From the NCBI GenBank assembly GCA_965209155.1, contig OZ242383.1, positions 2,080,001 through 2,144,000 on the forward strand: a DNA stretch of 64,000 bases, read 5' to 3'. This DNA is from a bacterium. GTDB taxonomy: Bacteria > SAR324 > NAC60-12. Below, piece after piece: positions 1 to 11,756 of the stretch (position 1 is its first letter; each line of letters starts with the position of its first letter). A program made the translations under genes and the position numbers. Under the pieces are notes generated by a model, which was not told the origin of the DNA, ran no database searches, and worked only from the letters and a program-made list of their open reading frames with translations.

Positions 1-239
1 TTCAGCGCCTCATTTTCCTGGTGCAGTTGAACGAGATAAAAATAGGAATCGGTGAGATCACTGGTAAAAGAAATGAATTCGTGGACCAGGACCTGGACAG
101 GGTAGGTAATGGTCTGAGTGAGGTTTTGGATTTTTGAATTATTCCGGTAATTCCCTGCTTCAAAGAGATAAATCAAAACTCCAATGATCGTGATGACAAC
201 AGCAAGCAGCAGACGATGCTTCTTGAACAAATCAAACAT
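1..239 (-). CDS. mreC: Rod shape-determining protein MreC, N-terminal part (runs off window)
   Basis: Manual translation from ATG at 239 gives MFDLFKKHRLLLAVVITIIGVLIYLF...YFYLVQLHQENEAL: an N-terminal TM helix plus coiled-coil start, directly downstream of mreB. Confidence 0.85.
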   Translation of the reverse strand, partial: MFDLFKKHRLLLAVVITIIGVLIYLFEAGNYRNNSKIQNLTQTITYPVQVLVHEFISFTSDLTDSYFYLVQLHQENEAL

Positions 240-300
240 GATTCAAGGACCGGAACAAAGGGCAATATGGCAGGATGGAGCCAAAATAGTTGGATTCAGT

Positions 301-1341
301 TCACACTGCAATGGATGATAACAAATCGATTTCATCCAATACCTTACCTGTTCCAAGAGCAACGCAGGAAAGAGGGTCGTCCGCATGTAGCACAGGAAGC
401 CCGGTTTGTTCTCTCAATAAAATATCCAATCCCGTCAACAACGATCCACCACCCGCTAAGACAATGCCTTTGTCTACAACGTCAGAAGCCAACTCCGGCG
501 GGGTGCGTTCCAGGGAATTGCGAACAATCTGGACAATTTCACTGCAAATATCGGACAACGCCTCCCGAATCTCCTCATCACCCAAAATCATAGTCTTGGG
601 GGTTCCCGTGACCAGATCTCTTCCTTTTATTGCTCGATTTTTAGGATCTTTTAGCGCAAATGCTGAACCCAAATGGATTTTTATTTCTTCAGCGCTTCTT
701 TCTCCAATCAGTAAATTATATTTCTTTTTGACAAATTGAACAATAGCCTCGTCCATTGCATCACCTCCCACTCGAACCGAATCACTATAGACAACACCCG
801 CCAGTGAAATCATGGCAATTTCCGTAGTTCCGCCTCCAATGTCCACAATCATGTTCCCGCTTGGTTCGGTGACGGCTAGTCCCGCACCAATCGCTGCTGC
901 CATGGGTTCTTCAATCAGAAATATTTCCTTGGCCCCTGCAGATTCAGCCGACTCCCTGACGGCTCGTCTCTCCACCTGGGTGATTCCAGAAGGCACTGCA
1001 ATGATGATACGCGGTTTGAATCGAATGAGAGAATTGTTTTTTTGGACCTGATTGATGAAATGTTTCAACATTTCCTGGGTGATTTCAAAATCCGAAATCA
1101 CACCATCTTTGATAGGTCGGATAGCCTTGATATTGCCTGGAGTTCTCCCTAGCATCGACTTGGCTTCCTCTCCAATTGCCAGGACTTTGTAAGTGCCATT
1201 CAAATCCCGTCGCACAGCAACCACGGACGGCTCCCGGATAACAATCCCCTGTCCTTTGATAAAGACCAAGGTATTGGCTGTTCCCAAATCAATTGCTAAG
1301 TCGTGGGAGACGTAATTCGATATAGTTGATAAGATGCCCAT
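301..1341 (-). CDS. mreB: Actin-like rod shape-determining protein MreB
   Basis: Motifs [29 protein letters not shown] and LAGGGSLL. Confidence 0.98.
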   Translation of the reverse strand: MGILSTISNYVSHDLAIDLGTANTLVFIKGQGIVIREPSVVAVRRDLNGTYKVLAIGEEAKSMLGRTPGNIKAIRPIKDGVISDFEITQEMLKHFINQVQKNNSLIRFKPRIIIAVPSGITQVERRAVRESAESAGAKEIFLIEEPMAAAIGAGLAVTEPSGNMIVDIGGGTTEIAMISLAGVVYSDSVRVGGDAMDEAIVQFVKKKYNLLIGERSAEEIKIHLGSAFALKDPKNRAIKGRDLVTGTPKTMILGDEEIREALSDICSEIVQIVRNSLERTPPELASDVVDKGIVLAGGGSLLTGLDILLREQTGLPVLHADDPLSCVALGTGKVLDEIDLLSSIAV

Positions 1342-1450
1342 CTTGGCTCAGTGATTTTTATAAGGTTCTCGGTATTTTTCCCAATGCAATTTTTTCAGCT
1401 CTTCCGGATTGTGAGAAACGGGGGAAAGAATCCATGATTGCCTCATTGGA

Positions 1451-1609
1451 TCAAAGCCACCAAAAAAGCGCGATCACAATCACTATGTCCAATGCGATCA
1501 CAAATTTATCAACCAGCTTTTGGTTCTCAACAGTCATCATGTCATAGTCCCGTTGGAAGAGAGTTTTCAATAAAAATTTGGATTGAGGGCGAATTATTTC
1601 TTTAATCAT
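1451..1609 (-). CDS. Putative 52-aa small membrane protein
   Basis: Manual translation MIKEIIRPQSKFLLKTLFQRDYDMMTVENQKLVDKFVIALDIVIVIALFWWL; hydrophobic C-terminus; AAGGT upstream; co-oriented between selB and mreB. Confidence 0.35.
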   Translation of the reverse strand: MIKEIIRPQSKFLLKTLFQRDYDMMTVENQKLVDKFVIALDIVIVIALFWWL

Positions 1610-1666
1610 AACAATACCTTTCTAAAGAGGAGAAAACACTTCGCGCATTTCGTTATAATTTGATCC

Positions 1667-3622
1667 TCATTTTGCGCACAAGATCCGATGGTTGTCAATA
1701 CGTGCCGTGAGGAGTTTCATGTCAAAATACTCCAGTAACTCAACGGCATATTTTCTATTGATCTGCAGCAGTTCCTTAAATTCAATCACCGTGAGTTGTT
1801 GCCGATCTTCAAAATATCGACGGATTTTATCCTCCACGGCATTCAGTCGCTCCGGCGGGTAATACAGGTCGTCGGCTACCCGTACCAGTTGTTGATTATG
1901 GGTGGCCATTTTGAGCAACAAAATTCCTTCCTTTTTTTCCAGTCCACATTTTTCCAGAATCAGAGATTGTCTCGGGGGTTGATAGCCTCCTTCTTCAATG
2001 AGGGCAAGACATTGTCGCAGATAATTTTCGTTCTCTTTGGAAAGACGTTTTTGATGTTCCGGAAGGTGGTAATAATAATCGTCGCCACTGCGGTGCGTTT
2101 CCTCCAATAGTTTAGATTTGACAAGAAACTTAAGAATTTGAGTGATTTCTTTCTCATTACGTAACAAGAGGGATAATTTCCCCAACAATTCAGCTTTTGT
2201 CATGCCTTGGCGTTCTGGGAATTTTTGATGAAAAGATTCAATCACCCTTTTGATAAATATGCCAATACGATCGACATGATTGACGTGAAGGAATCGTTTG
2301 TAAACAGGGTCGATGCAAATAATTTTTTGTAAAGAAGCCAAATCCTGCAGAATCATCTCTGCTTGTTTTTCCGAATACCCCAGGCGCACTGTCACTTCTT
2401 TCATCAACGAACCTTGAGTGGATTGCAAATAAATCACTTGCTCGGCTGCCAGGTGTAGATCATCACCGGCTATGAGTTCCAGTCGTTCAAGCAATTCAGC
2501 TCGAATACGTCTCGACTTACCCGGAGCAGGATCAATGATGCGTCCCCCTCCCAAGGTAAAAATCGGAGAATAGTTGCGAACAATGAATCGATCGCCAAAA
2601 CGGCTGCTGACCGGTTGTTCCAAACGTAACTGCGCCAGTTTCGACTCGCCTTGCTTGATTTGATCTCCTTGTAGAGGATTGATTCGCCCCATCACTTCTC
2701 GGGTTCCTAAATAAATACGCATTCTCTCTCTGCGAAGCAGGGGATTGGGCGCACTTTTCAGGACCTGTAATTCCACATTCAAAATATAACTCGTGAGTAA
2801 GGAATCGCACTGCGCGAGTTGGTCTCCTCGTTGGATCTCTTCTTTACTCAAATTGGGAATGTTGATCGCTACCCTTTGTCCTGCCCGCACGTGCTCTACC
2901 GTTTTTCCATGGACTTGAAATCCACGAATTCGCACGGGATTTTTTGCGGGGAACTGCAAAATCATTCCATCTTTATTCATAGGACCCAGACTCAACTGGC
3001 CATCCAGCAAAGTACCAGTACAGATTGTACCAAAACCTCTGATGGTAAAAGAACGATCCACCATAAATCGAAAGGGCTTTTCATATTGATGGGGTTTTAA
3101 TTGCAGGTAGAGATTTGCCAACTCGGTTCGCAGATTTCCCAATCCTTCACCAGTTACGGCAGAGACCGGAATGACAGGAGCGTTTTTCAGAAAAGTTTCT
3201 GCAACCAACTCTTTAATTTCTTCTTTGCATAATTCGATCATCTCCGCATCTTCTACTAAGTCGCATCGCGTTAAAACGACCACCCCGGAACTGATATTGA
3301 GCAGATTACAAATGTCCAAATGTTCTCTGGTTTGGGGCATGACGCCATCATCCGCCGCAATAACCAAAATCACCGCGTCGATTCCTGCAGCCCCTGCAAG
3401 CATATTATGTACAAATTTTTCATGACCCGGTACGTCGATGAACGAAAATTGAGTTCCCTTTTCATCTTGATAATGCGCAAAACCCAGATCAATAGTAATC
3501 CCCCTTTTTTTTTCTTCCGCAAGCCGGTCGGGGTCCGTACCTGTCAACGCCTGCACAAGCGTGCTTTTTCCATGATCGATATGGCCGCTGGTACCTATAA
3601 CAAAATTTCGTGAACTTCCCAT
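1667..3622 (-). CDS. selB: Selenocysteine-specific translation elongation factor SelB
   Basis: GHIDHGKS, RGITIDLGFA and DVPGHEKF GTPase motifs; C-terminal winged-helix region with RKYAVELLEYFD. Confidence 0.96.
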   Translation of the reverse strand: MGSSRNFVIGTSGHIDHGKSTLVQALTGTDPDRLAEEKKRGITIDLGFAHYQDEKGTQFSFIDVPGHEKFVHNMLAGAAGIDAVILVIAADDGVMPQTREHLDICNLLNISSGVVVLTRCDLVEDAEMIELCKEEIKELVAETFLKNAPVIPVSAVTGEGLGNLRTELANLYLQLKPHQYEKPFRFMVDRSFTIRGFGTICTGTLLDGQLSLGPMNKDGMILQFPAKNPVRIRGFQVHGKTVEHVRAGQRVAINIPNLSKEEIQRGDQLAQCDSLLTSYILNVELQVLKSAPNPLLRRERMRIYLGTREVMGRINPLQGDQIKQGESKLAQLRLEQPVSSRFGDRFIVRNYSPIFTLGGGRIIDPAPGKSRRIRAELLERLELIAGDDLHLAAEQVIYLQSTQGSLMKEVTVRLGYSEKQAEMILQDLASLQKIICIDPVYKRFLHVNHVDRIGIFIKRVIESFHQKFPERQGMTKAELLGKLSLLLRNEKEITQILKFLVKSKLLEETHRSGDDYYYHLPEHQKRLSKENENYLRQCLALIEEGGYQPPRQSLILEKCGLEKKEGILLLKMATHNQQLVRVADDLYYPPERLNAVEDKIRRYFEDRQQLTVIEFKELLQINRKYAVELLEYFDMKLLTARIDNHRILCAK

Positions 3623-3876
3623 ACGCAGCGTTCACCTGATATAAAAAAGGAATCTTATGAGTTATATTTATGTTTCGCTGTTCTCAGCTGGCCGAGGTTT
3701 GAATTTTTCTCTCCAGTGAAAGGCAATTTCCAGAAATTGGAGGCAAGACAGGATTCAATTCTCATAGATGACCGGATGGGTCAAACCAGAATTGGAATGG
3801 ATGACACGCTGGCAACAACGTACCGGATAGAGGTAAATGTCTGGCGTAAAATTGTCGACAAATACATCCGCATTGG

Positions 3877-4209
3877 TCAAGCGTAGCATTGGTCGGTTTT
3901 GGCAGCATAAATGAAATCACTTTCAGTCAAACCATTGATTTTATGGGTCCAGACCAAGACTTTGACTTTTCCCCAGGCAAGGTAAATATCCGGATGATGC
4001 CCTTCTGTTTCTGCAACCTCTCCGATTTTATTGGTAAAATCCAAAGCTTGTTGAAAATTCTTAAAAGCGAATTCCTTTTCCAAGTGATGGTCATCAATGA
4101 CTTGCCATCCATTCTCCAATTTCTTGTGAATCGAGGTCAGTGCTTCTCCTTTCAAAGGAGGCACTCCTCCTTTGCATGGGACACAATTTTTTTGGGCTAA
4201 TTCATTCAT
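3877..4209 (-). CDS. phhB: Pterin-4a-carbinolamine dehydratase
   Basis: EGHHPDI and WTHKINGLTESDF motifs; start MNELAQ at 4209 with GGAAGGA RBS. Confidence 0.92.
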   Translation of the reverse strand: MNELAQKNCVPCKGGVPPLKGEALTSIHKKLENGWQVIDDHHLEKEFAFKNFQQALDFTNKIGEVAETEGHHPDIYLAWGKVKVLVWTHKINGLTESDFIYAAKTDQCYA

Positions 4210-4633
4210 TACTTCCTTCCTCTGAAATAATATTGTTTGCGTAAAACCACCACTTTTCCCTCTCTTTGAAATTTGAAAGTTTATCGGACCAATAGACAAA
4301 ATCACGATAAGCAGCTCGTGAAAAGGTATTACCCAATCTTTGAGCCAGGGTCAGCTGCAGAAAAGAGAGCATCGTTTTGTAAAGAGCCAGGTATTTCCCC
4401 TCCACGTAGACCGGCTTCATGGCTTCGATATAATCGTAAGCCCATTGCAATGAATCGAGGCGCACCTTCTCAATTTCTTCGATTCGATTGAATTCTCTTT
4501 TGAGAACTTTATAATGTTTGCGGATCGTACTCCCCAATTTGGGTAGCAGCTCTTCCATTTCTGGCGTCAATAGCATGAGATGTCGGACAATATGGGGTTC
4601 GTCGTTAAAAATCTCGGGTTGATTGCCATACAC
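4202..4633 (-). CDS. Hypothetical protein (143 aa)
   Basis: Protein-like composition; its stop overlaps the phhB start; no recognised motif. Confidence 0.65.
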   Translation of the reverse strand: MYGNQPEIFNDEPHIVRHLMLLTPEMEELLPKLGSTIRKHYKVLKREFNRIEEIEKVRLDSLQWAYDYIEAMKPVYVEGKYLALYKTMLSFLQLTLAQRLGNTFSRAAYRDFVYWSDKLSNFKEREKWWFYANNIISEEGSNE

Positions 4634-4655
4634 TATACCACTTTACGAACTTACA

Positions 4656-4847
4656 TCAAATTTTCATGTGATTGGCTTGATAGTATTCTCGCAAGAGGGG
4701 ATCTTTTCGCGCATATTCTTTGGTTTTTTTATAAATTTTTAGAATGCTTTCTTCATCAATCAGGCGATGCGGCGTAGTGTTGGTTTCGCGATACCATTTC
4801 ATCGCTTCCAAGCGGAGACGTTCATCCGGAGATAGCGCTTCAGTCAT
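4656..4847 (-). CDS. Small hypothetical protein
   Basis: Co-oriented ORF ending 22 bp before the next gene; start uncertain (4847 or 4892). Confidence 0.5.
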   Translation of the reverse strand: MTEALSPDERLRLEAMKWYRETNTTPHRLIDEESILKIYKKTKEYARKDPLLREYYQANHMKI

Positions 4848-4987
4848 GATGAGATTCAGCAAGAATGATAAAAAAGCTGATTGCGTAAGCAATTCAAGTG
4901 GAGCAATTGTACAGCCGTCGTATGGTAATCAATGATTGAGTGAGTGTCAATGAGGGATTAGGAATAAATTGTGCTGAAAAGCAATTT

Positions 4988-7720
4988 TTATCGAGAATTT
5001 TCAAAAAAACCGGTGTCCGGCAATGAGTGTAAATCGCCCTGACGAAAACGCCGGTACTGCTGCATCAGGTACTGAAAATGCTCGGTTTGGGAATTCGATT
5101 TAAAAATAGCCTCTTTGATCGTTTCGATGGCCATGTCAATTTGTCCGGATTGAAAATAAGCCTCAGCCAGAGTATCCAGATGCTCTTTAGAAGGATGCAG
5201 GTTTACGGCCTGCCGGGCATAAACCAGTGCTTGTTCGAGATAATCCGTTTTTAAGTTCCCGGTTGTCAGATAAATCCATGCCAGGTTATTCAAGCTTTCT
5301 GCGTGTTGGGGTTTGAAGGAAAGTATTTTCTTATAAATTTGAATCGATTCCTGGTCCCGGCCGATGGTTTGGAGCAGATAAGCCAACCGGGAAAGCCCCC
5401 AAAGCGGCTCCTCGAAGTGACGCACAAAATCCGAATAATGGTCGACGCTTTTCTTGAATTGACCTTGATTTTCATAAACTCTTGCTAAACGGGCTTTAAT
5501 CCAGGGAAATTCCGGCATGAGTCGCTGAATCTTTTGGTAATAGCGTTCCGCTTCCTGAAAATTTTTATTGAGTTCATAAACAAATCCAATTTGAAACAAT
5601 ACCCAAGACGAAGTTATTTCAATCCCATCCGTCTGTTCGAGAAGGGTTGTTACATGCTTCAATGCCTCTTCTTGTTGTCTCATAACCAGTCGTAGAACAA
5701 TTTTCAGGGTTTCTTGAATAGGAGGCTCCAAAGGGGCTGTTTCAATGACTGGCAGTACATCGCTGTTTTGCAAAAAGAGTATTTGCTCGAGCACGGGCCG
5801 GATGTCACCAGCCGCTTCGCCAAACCAATTGCGTTGTGAGACCGTATCTTCAAGAAGCATGTAATGATAAAACGTCCACAATTCCAAGTCCGAATGGAGC
5901 AAAGCATTCAAGAGGGATTCGCGCGCCTGCTCCTGTTGGGAAAGTTCGTTCAAGACCACTCCCCGGTGCGCCCATAAAAATGAGGAGTCCGAGGAGAGAT
6001 CCATGGCTCGTTCAAAGGCAACCAAGGCTTGGCCCCATTGCCCGAGCTTTTCATAAGTCAACCCGAGAATCTCATAGAGCGAGGGGGATTGGGGAAGGCG
6101 TACCAGACCGTTTTTCAGGATTTTCAGCGATTCTTTTTCTTTTTTCTGTAAGAGTTTTAACAAACCCAATTGCGCATAGCCCCACTCGACCGTCGGATTG
6201 TCTTCAAGAAAGCGCATTAATTCCAATTCGGCTTCCGACCGTTCACCGCGGCGCAGTAGCAGTCGAATCAGTTGCTGCCGCACGTTCGACAATTGCGGTT
6301 CGAAATGCAATGCTCTTTTATAATAGAATTTGCTTTGTTCGAGATTACCGAGTTTTTGTTCCAGGAAACCCAAATGGTAAAGAAACTCACTGTTCTCTGA
6401 AAAGCGCTCCATCATTCCAAGAAAAATTTCCTTAGCTTGTTCCAACTGCTGCCTTGCTTCATAAAAACGAGCCAGCATGAAAGACATTTCACGACTATCG
6501 GGAAAGTCCACAAGCCCTTCTTCAAGGATTTCAATGGCATTTTCAAAACGCAATTCCGACCAATACAGTCGGGCCAGACGGATCAAGATCACTTCTTCTC
6601 CGACTTCTTTGACATTTTGATCAATAACATACTGGTATTGCGCGATTGCCTCTTCTTTTTTTTCTTGCCATTCCAGGATATATCCCAGTTGTTTGCGAGC
6701 CCAGAGGTTGCGAGGTTCGTACTTCAGGCCTTCCTGGAATGCTTCTTCCGCCTGGTCCCATTGTTGTTGCTCGGCATAAATGGCACCCAAACGAATATAT
6801 GCCCAGGCATAATCCCGACGATAGCGGATTGCTTGTTCGAGATGTTTTATTCCCTGATCAAATTGCTGCTGGTGAAAAGCCAAATTCCCATAGTGAGCAT
6901 GGGCCCAGGCGTTTTCAGGGAACAAGTGCAACATTGCTTGTAAAACTTTTTCCAATTCACTTATTTCTCCGTAGTCTTCCAGAAGCATCGCGTAAGATTT
7001 TAAAAATGCGTAATCGTCCGGATTCAATTCCAAGGCTTTTCGCATAGCAATGACGGCAAGCGCATATTCTCCCTGCTGTTCCCGGATAAAACTGATCTGG
7101 CGCCAGACCTCGGCGTAGTTTGGATCGATGTCGGCTGCTTTGATCAGGAATTGCAGAGCCTCATCTAAATTTTGTTGTTGGATTTTCAAAAAACCGAACA
7201 ATAAATGGATTTCAAAAGATTCCGGATTCCGGGCAAGAGCAATTTTGAAGTCGGCTTCCGCTCGAGAAATATGTTGGAGCTTCAGTAACAATTTCCCTCG
7301 GTCTAAATACAATTCAGCACCTTCTCCATTCTCCCCGGGAAGTTGAGCAATCGCTTGATGGTAATGCTCCAGCGCTTGCTCATCCTGTCCCAATATCTGA
7401 TACAAATTGCCCATTTCTCGTAAAATCACCGGCGAAGGAGGACGACTCCGTCTATGCGTCATTTCCTGAGCTTGCAAAAGGCTTTCTAATGCTTTTTCCC
7501 ATTCATGATGGCTTTGATAGTGCTGGGAAAGTCGAAAATATCCCAACCAGTGATGAGGATTGATACGGATCGCAATTTTTAATCGTTCTTCTTCAGAAAA
7601 GCGATTGATGGAAGGGGAAGAAGGCGTGGAGGATTTGCTCAGAGTTTCATTTGGGAGTTGAGTACACTGACTGAGGAGCAGGCAGCCTGCTATTGACAAG
7701 GTTATCCAGTGAATTTTCAT
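4988..7720 (-). CDS. Large tetratricopeptide-repeat protein, possible lipoprotein
   Basis: Many TPR-like units (e.g. LG..Y...G...A...Y..A, ALELNP); N-terminus MKIHWITLSIAGC is lipobox-like. Confidence 0.88.
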   Translation of the reverse strand: MKIHWITLSIAGCLLLSQCTQLPNETLSKSSTPSSPSINRFSEEERLKIAIRINPHHWLGYFRLSQHYQSHHEWEKALESLLQAQEMTHRRSRPPSPVILREMGNLYQILGQDEQALEHYHQAIAQLPGENGEGAELYLDRGKLLLKLQHISRAEADFKIALARNPESFEIHLLFGFLKIQQQNLDEALQFLIKAADIDPNYAEVWRQISFIREQQGEYALAVIAMRKALELNPDDYAFLKSYAMLLEDYGEISELEKVLQAMLHLFPENAWAHAHYGNLAFHQQQFDQGIKHLEQAIRYRRDYAWAYIRLGAIYAEQQQWDQAEEAFQEGLKYEPRNLWARKQLGYILEWQEKKEEAIAQYQYVIDQNVKEVGEEVILIRLARLYWSELRFENAIEILEEGLVDFPDSREMSFMLARFYEARQQLEQAKEIFLGMMERFSENSEFLYHLGFLEQKLGNLEQSKFYYKRALHFEPQLSNVRQQLIRLLLRRGERSEAELELMRFLEDNPTVEWGYAQLGLLKLLQKKEKESLKILKNGLVRLPQSPSLYEILGLTYEKLGQWGQALVAFERAMDLSSDSSFLWAHRGVVLNELSQQEQARESLLNALLHSDLELWTFYHYMLLEDTVSQRNWFGEAAGDIRPVLEQILFLQNSDVLPVIETAPLEPPIQETLKIVLRLVMRQQEEALKHVTTLLEQTDGIEITSSWVLFQIGFVYELNKNFQEAERYYQKIQRLMPEFPWIKARLARVYENQGQFKKSVDHYSDFVRHFEEPLWGLSRLAYLLQTIGRDQESIQIYKKILSFKPQHAESLNNLAWIYLTTGNLKTDYLEQALVYARQAVNLHPSKEHLDTLAEAYFQSGQIDMAIETIKEAIFKSNSQTEHFQYLMQQYRRFRQGDLHSLPDTGFFENSR

Positions 7721-7960
7721 GTAACTCGTAAATCGAAATGCAAACACGCTTTCGGGATGAGTCAGTTCATCAAGCATAACATTTTTCGAGAAAAGACTAA
7801 ATAAGAATAAAATGGGAGAAAAGCGCTCTTGAGCAATCGTACGCCATTATTTGTTCTATTTGTTTGGCAAGTAATCTTCATTCATGTCAGAATTTTTAGT
7901 AAGAAATACAAATGTTTTTCAGTAAGATAGCTCAATCGCGTACTCGAAATCTCTTAGAGC

Positions 7961-9405
<1,445 letters not shown>

Positions 9406-9440
9406 GGGCCGCTACGGCCAGGCGCAGGGAAAGGGGAGGA

Positions 9441-11756
9441 ATGCGGGATGACTTCCTTTCCATTGAAAAGACCTCGGCCTTACAAACCCTGGCAGACATC
9501 AGTCACGTCATCACATCATCCCACGATACCGAAAAAACTTTGTTTCATACGGCAAAGATGGTTGCGGAGCGGATCAAAGTGGACGCATGCACCATTTATG
9601 TATATGACGACAATGAAGACAAACTAACCCTTCGAGCCACCCACGGCCTCAATCAAGAGGCGGTGGGTCATGTCAAAATGTCTCCTTCTGAAGGATTGGT
9701 CGGGCTGGTTTTGCAAACCTCGTCCCCCGTCCAGGTTGCCGAGATGCAATCCCACCCTCGTTTCAAGCACTTTCCCCTGATTGAAGAGGACCAGTATCAT
9801 TCTTTCCTGGGAGTTCCTTTGATCGAGCACCGTAAGGCCTTTGGAGTGATTGGGCTGCATACGCGGGAAAGTCGAAATTTTACTCAAGAGGAAGAACACG
9901 TTCTGGTAACCATCGCCTCCCAGATTGCCGGAGTCATTTCCAAAGCCTTGTTGATCGAACTTCTCGACCAATCCTCGATGTCCAATCCCCCTCTTGATAA
10001 AAAAAGTATGCGCATTACGGGAACTCCGGTCGCCCCCGGGGTTGCTGTGGGTAAAGCCGTCTTGATGCAAGAGCGCGCTGTGGAAGAACCTGAAAAAACG
10101 GTGAAACATTCTTCGAAAAAGGAGTTGGAAATATTTCACAGGGTCCTGGAAAAGACCACCACCGAAACACTGGAACTGATCGATAAAGTGTCTCAATACC
10201 TGGGGGCCGAAGAAGCAGCCATTTTTCACGCGCATCTTATGTTTTTGGAAGATCATGGTTTCCAGAACAAAATCATTCGCTATATTCGGGAGGGCACCTC
10301 AGCGGCATGGGCTATATTTCAAGTGATTGAAGAATATTTCCTGGCATTTGAAACGATCAACGATCCGTATCTGCGAGAACGCGGAGTCGATTTGAAGGAC
10401 ATGGGATACCGGCTCCTCCGTCACTTGGGATATGGTCGGGTCTCATTGACGGAGCAGGAAGGGATATTGGTCACCAAACAATTGCTACCCGGAGACGTCG
10501 CGCAATTCGATTCCGATACCATCAAGGGAATCGTCACTTCTGCCGGAGGCGCTGCTTCTCATGCTGCTATTTTAGCGCGTTCTCGATTCATACCTGCCGT
10601 TTGCGTCTCTGAAGAAGAAATCGAAGAAATCCATGAGGGTGATATTCTGGCAGTGGATGGGGAACATGGTTATCTGATCAACAATCCGAGTGAAGAAGTC
10701 CATACTGAATTCCAAAAGTTGCTGTCGCAACAAGAAGAATATCTCATCCACCTGGATCAATACCGGGAGAAAAGTTGCCAAACGGTCGACGGCGTACGAA
10801 TTCATGTACTGGCGAACGTCGGACTGCTCAGCGAAACCAGCGCGCTCCACCAATATGGAGCCGAAGGCATCGGCTTGTATCGATCCGAGCTTTTCTTTTT
10901 ATCCGTGGATCATTTCCCTAGTGTCGAAGAACAAGTAGCGGTCTACTCGAAAATCATCGAAAGCGTGGAGAGTCATCAATCGGTCGTCTTCCGCACCTTG
11001 GATGTCGGTGCGGATAAATCAGCGCCTTATATGGGTATCATCCATGAGGGGAATCCATTCATGGGCAACCGAGCCATTCGTCAACAAATAGAAAATCCCG
11101 AATTGTTGAAAAGACAGGTCAAAGCCATCCTCATCGCGGCATCACAAAGGAAGAATGATGCAAAAGGACGAAAAAACATTTTCTTGATCTTTCCCATGAT
11201 CAGTCATCTCAACGAAATTCACTTTGCCAAAAACATCTTTCAGGATTGTCGAGACGAGTTGCGAAAAGAGGGGATCGACGCACCGAATCTCCCAATCGGG
11301 ATGATGTTCGAAATTCCAGCTGCCGTTGTGATGTGTGAAACATTCATTTCAGAAATCAACTTTCTTGCAATTGGCAGTAATGATTTGACCCAATACGTGT
11401 TGGCGGTGGACCGTAACAATCCTCGTGTTGCTCATTTGTATGACCCCTTGCACCCTTCCGTGCTCAACCTCGTCAAACAATTGATCGAATGCGCCAACAG
11501 GCACAAGAAACCGATCGAGTTGTGTGGAGAAATGGCATCGGATCCGGATGGATGCATTATTTTGATTGGTATGGGATTACGTTACCTGAGTATGACTGCT
11601 TCTCTGATACCGGTCGTCAAAGAACGCCTCTCCTACATCACGCTTGCCGAAGCGGAAGAACTGGCAAAAACCGCATTGCAAGCCTCATCTGCGGAAGAAG
11701 TGAGAAATCTGGTGCAGACCTTCTTCAAATTCTTTACTTCCCCACCGTCTGTATGA
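9441..11756 (+). CDS. ptsP: GAF-domain PEP-protein phosphotransferase (EI-Ntr)
   Basis: N-terminal GAF domain; SHAAILAR phospho-His; GIGLYRSE, IGSNDLTQY and LCGEMA. Confidence 0.95.
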   Translation: MRDDFLSIEKTSALQTLADISHVITSSHDTEKTLFHTAKMVAERIKVDACTIYVYDDNEDKLTLRATHGLNQEAVGHVKMSPSEGLVGLVLQTSSPVQVAEMQSHPRFKHFPLIEEDQYHSFLGVPLIEHRKAFGVIGLHTRESRNFTQEEEHVLVTIASQIAGVISKALLIELLDQSSMSNPPLDKKSMRITGTPVAPGVAVGKAVLMQERAVEEPEKTVKHSSKKELEIFHRVLEKTTTETLELIDKVSQYLGAEEAAIFHAHLMFLEDHGFQNKIIRYIREGTSAAWAIFQVIEEYFLAFETINDPYLRERGVDLKDMGYRLLRHLGYGRVSLTEQEGILVTKQLLPGDVAQFDSDTIKGIVTSAGGAASHAAILARSRFIPAVCVSEEEIEEIHEGDILAVDGEHGYLINNPSEEVHTEFQKLLSQQEEYLIHLDQYREKSCQTVDGVRIHVLANVGLLSETSALHQYGAEGIGLYRSELFFLSVDHFPSVEEQVAVYSKIIESVESHQSVVFRTLDVGADKSAPYMGIIHEGNPFMGNRAIRQQIENPELLKRQVKAILIAASQRKNDAKGRKNIFLIFPMISHLNEIHFAKNIFQDCRDELRKEGIDAPNLPIGMMFEIPAAVVMCETFISEINFLAIGSNDLTQYVLAVDRNNPRVAHLYDPLHPSVLNLVKQLIECANRHKKPIELCGEMASDPDGCIILIGMGLRYLSMTASLIPVVKERLSYITLAEAEELAKTALQASSAEEVRNLVQTFFKFFTSPPSV

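Noticed and set aside
3717..3887. ~56-codon plus-strand ORF between selB and phhB
   Set aside because: GTG start without a clear RBS, no motif, and it overlaps the phhB end on the opposite strand.
11489..11752. Long N-terminal extension of holA
   Set aside because: It overlaps ptsP in another frame; the ATGA-coupled start at 11753 is more plausible.
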